From positions 1,260,001 to 1,292,000 of the forward strand of contig NC_005072.1 of the NCBI RefSeq assembly GCF_000011465.1: a stretch of 32,000 nt of DNA. The letters are read 5' to 3'. This document shows positions 30,576-32,000 of this stretch, piece by piece. Below the pieces are notes generated by a model. The model saw nothing but the letters and a program-made list of their open reading frames with translations. It ran no database searches and was not told the origin of the DNA. Each line of letters begins with the position of its first letter. Positions within the stretch are counted from its first letter, which is position 1. Origin of the DNA: Prochlorococcus marinus subsp. pastoris str. CCMP1986. GTDB lineage: Bacteria; Cyanobacteriota; Cyanobacteriia; PCC-6307; Cyanobiaceae. The position numbers and the translations under genes are program-made.

Positions 30576-31913
30576 ATGAGTATTAATACAATCAACTCTA
30601 AAAGTTCTAATAAATTAGAAAATATTTTAATAATTGGTAATGGCGGTCGAGAAAACGCATTAGCATGGGCTATTCAAAAAAATGACTTAATCAAGAAAAT
30701 TTATCTACTCCCAGGTAATGCTGGTTCAAAAAAAATAAATAAATCTGAGAGAATTAATTTAGATTTAAAGAATACTAAAGTATTAACCTCAAAACTAAAA
30801 TTTCTAAATATTGACTTAATAGTAATAGGACCAGAGACACCTTTGGCAGAGGGCTTAGGAGAGGTTCTTCGGAGAAATAACTTTGATGTGTTTGGTCCTG
30901 GACCAGATGGAGCCAAATTAGAATCAAGTAAATCTTGGGCAAAGGAATTTATGAAAGACGCAAATATTCCCACTGCAAATTTTTGGAAAGTTAAGTCATT
31001 AAAGGAAGCAAAAAAAATTATCTTTACATCTCCAAATCCATTAGTAGTAAAAGCTGACGGGTTAGCTTCAGGGAAAGGAGTTTTCATCCCTGAATCAAAA
31101 GAAGCATCTATAAATGCTACGGAAGAAATATTTAAGGGGAAATTTGGTAATGCTGGCGAAATAATTGTTTTGGAAGAAAAAATTGAGGGTCCAGAAGTTT
31201 CGGTTTTTGCTCTTTGCGATGGAAAGAAATATGTTTTACTTCCTACAGCTCAAGATCATAAACGACTTAATGAGAATGATAAAGGGCCAAATACGGGAGG
31301 AATGGGGGCTTATTCTCCTACTCCAATGATGACAAAAAGTCTTCTTGAAACTATTACTAAGGAAATAATTGAGCCTACAATTAATTCATTGTTGCGGAAG
31401 AATATCGACTACAAAGGGGTTCTATATTTTGGCTTAATGATCACAAAATCAGGACCAAAAGTTATAGAATATAACTGTAGATTTGGCGATCCTGAATGCC
31501 AAACAATAATGCCTTTAATGGACAAAGACTTTGTGATTCTTTTACAAAAATGTGCCAAGGGTAATCTTCTCGGAAACGAAAAAATTAAAATGTCGAATAA
31601 ATTCAGCGGTTGTGTAATTGCAACTTCAAAAGGTTACCCTCATAATTATAAAAAAGGTTTTCCGATAACATACGGCAATATCGACTATGAACATTGTCAA
31701 ATCTTCGATTCTGGAACATCATTAAATTCTAAAGGTGAATTTATTACGGATGGAGGGAGAGTGCTTAGTATTGTTTGTCAAGGCGAAGATTTTAATAAAG
31801 TTTTTGAAAAGGCTTATAAGAATTTAAAAGAAATAAGTTTTGACGGTATTTATTATAGAAAAGATATTGGTCATCAAGTCAGAATAAAAAAAATTGCTGA
31901 GAGGACTAACTAA
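30576..31913 (+). CDS. purD: Phosphoribosylamine--glycine ligase
   Basis: ILIIGNGGRENALAWAI, PNPLVVKADGLASGKGVFIP, LPTAQDHKRLNENDKGPNTGGMGAYSPTP, NCRFGDPECQ. Confidence 0.97.
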   Translation: MSINTINSKSSNKLENILIIGNGGRENALAWAIQKNDLIKKIYLLPGNAGSKKINKSERINLDLKNTKVLTSKLKFLNIDLIVIGPETPLAEGLGEVLRRNNFDVFGPGPDGAKLESSKSWAKEFMKDANIPTANFWKVKSLKEAKKIIFTSPNPLVVKADGLASGKGVFIPESKEASINATEEIFKGKFGNAGEIIVLEEKIEGPEVSVFALCDGKKYVLLPTAQDHKRLNENDKGPNTGGMGAYSPTPMMTKSLLETITKEIIEPTINSLLRKNIDYKGVLYFGLMITKSGPKVIEYNCRFGDPECQTIMPLMDKDFVILLQKCAKGNLLGNEKIKMSNKFSGCVIATSKGYPHNYKKGFPITYGNIDYEHCQIFDSGTSLNSKGEFITDGGRVLSIVCQGEDFNKVFEKAYKNLKEISFDGIYYRKDIGHQVRIKKIAERTN

Positions 31914-32000
31914 ATGATAGAGAGCAATGAGCCTAATAAAATAAAACTTAATCCTTCAAAAAAATTTATTGATGAAAATAATCCTGACCACTGGTCAAGC
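31914..32000 (+). CDS. N-terminus of an unidentified gene, truncated by the window edge
   Basis: ATG immediately after the purD stop, open to the edge: MIESNEPNKIKLNPSKKFIDENNPDHWSS. Too short to assign. Confidence 0.5.
   Translation, partial: MIESNEPNKIKLNPSKKFIDENNPDHWSS

Noticed and set aside
30701-31087. 128-aa minus-strand ORF inside purD
   Set aside because: Antisense to a strongly supported purD frame.

Overview
This 32 kb window looks like an ordinary core-genome segment of a low-GC picocyanobacterium, most like a high-light Prochlorococcus. That assignment is inferred from protein content, AT-richness, tight gene packing and the hli gene, not from a database search. Gene content, left to right: ddl (truncated at the left edge), ftsQ, ftsZ, SRP RNA (minus strand), panB, hemW, a PIN/TRAM protein, clpR-clpP, ilvC, cobD/cbiB, hli and a patch of small hypotheticals, an HU-like gene, glgX-like debranching enzyme, tRNA-Gly(UCC), a GPH/MFS transporter, an MlaE-type permease, DUF3119- and DUF3086-like proteins, plsY, pyrF, tyrS, a DUF1825-like protein, a GIY-YIG protein, pepA, exported msrA, lpxB-lpxA-fabZ-lpxC-bamA, purC, purD, and the start of another gene. 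I found no convincing phage, CRISPR, defence or biosynthetic system. The observations most worth checking are: (1) a near-perfect 34-nt GC-rich stem-loop inside the first codons of lpxC, immediately after the bamA stop; (2) an unannotated 31-codon membrane-protein-like small ORF with one in-frame UAA beside the HU gene; (3) SRP RNA lying antisense and very close between ftsZ and panB; (4) an inverted repeat upstream of ftsZ; (5) a cluster of small unassigned membrane or secreted proteins next to hli.
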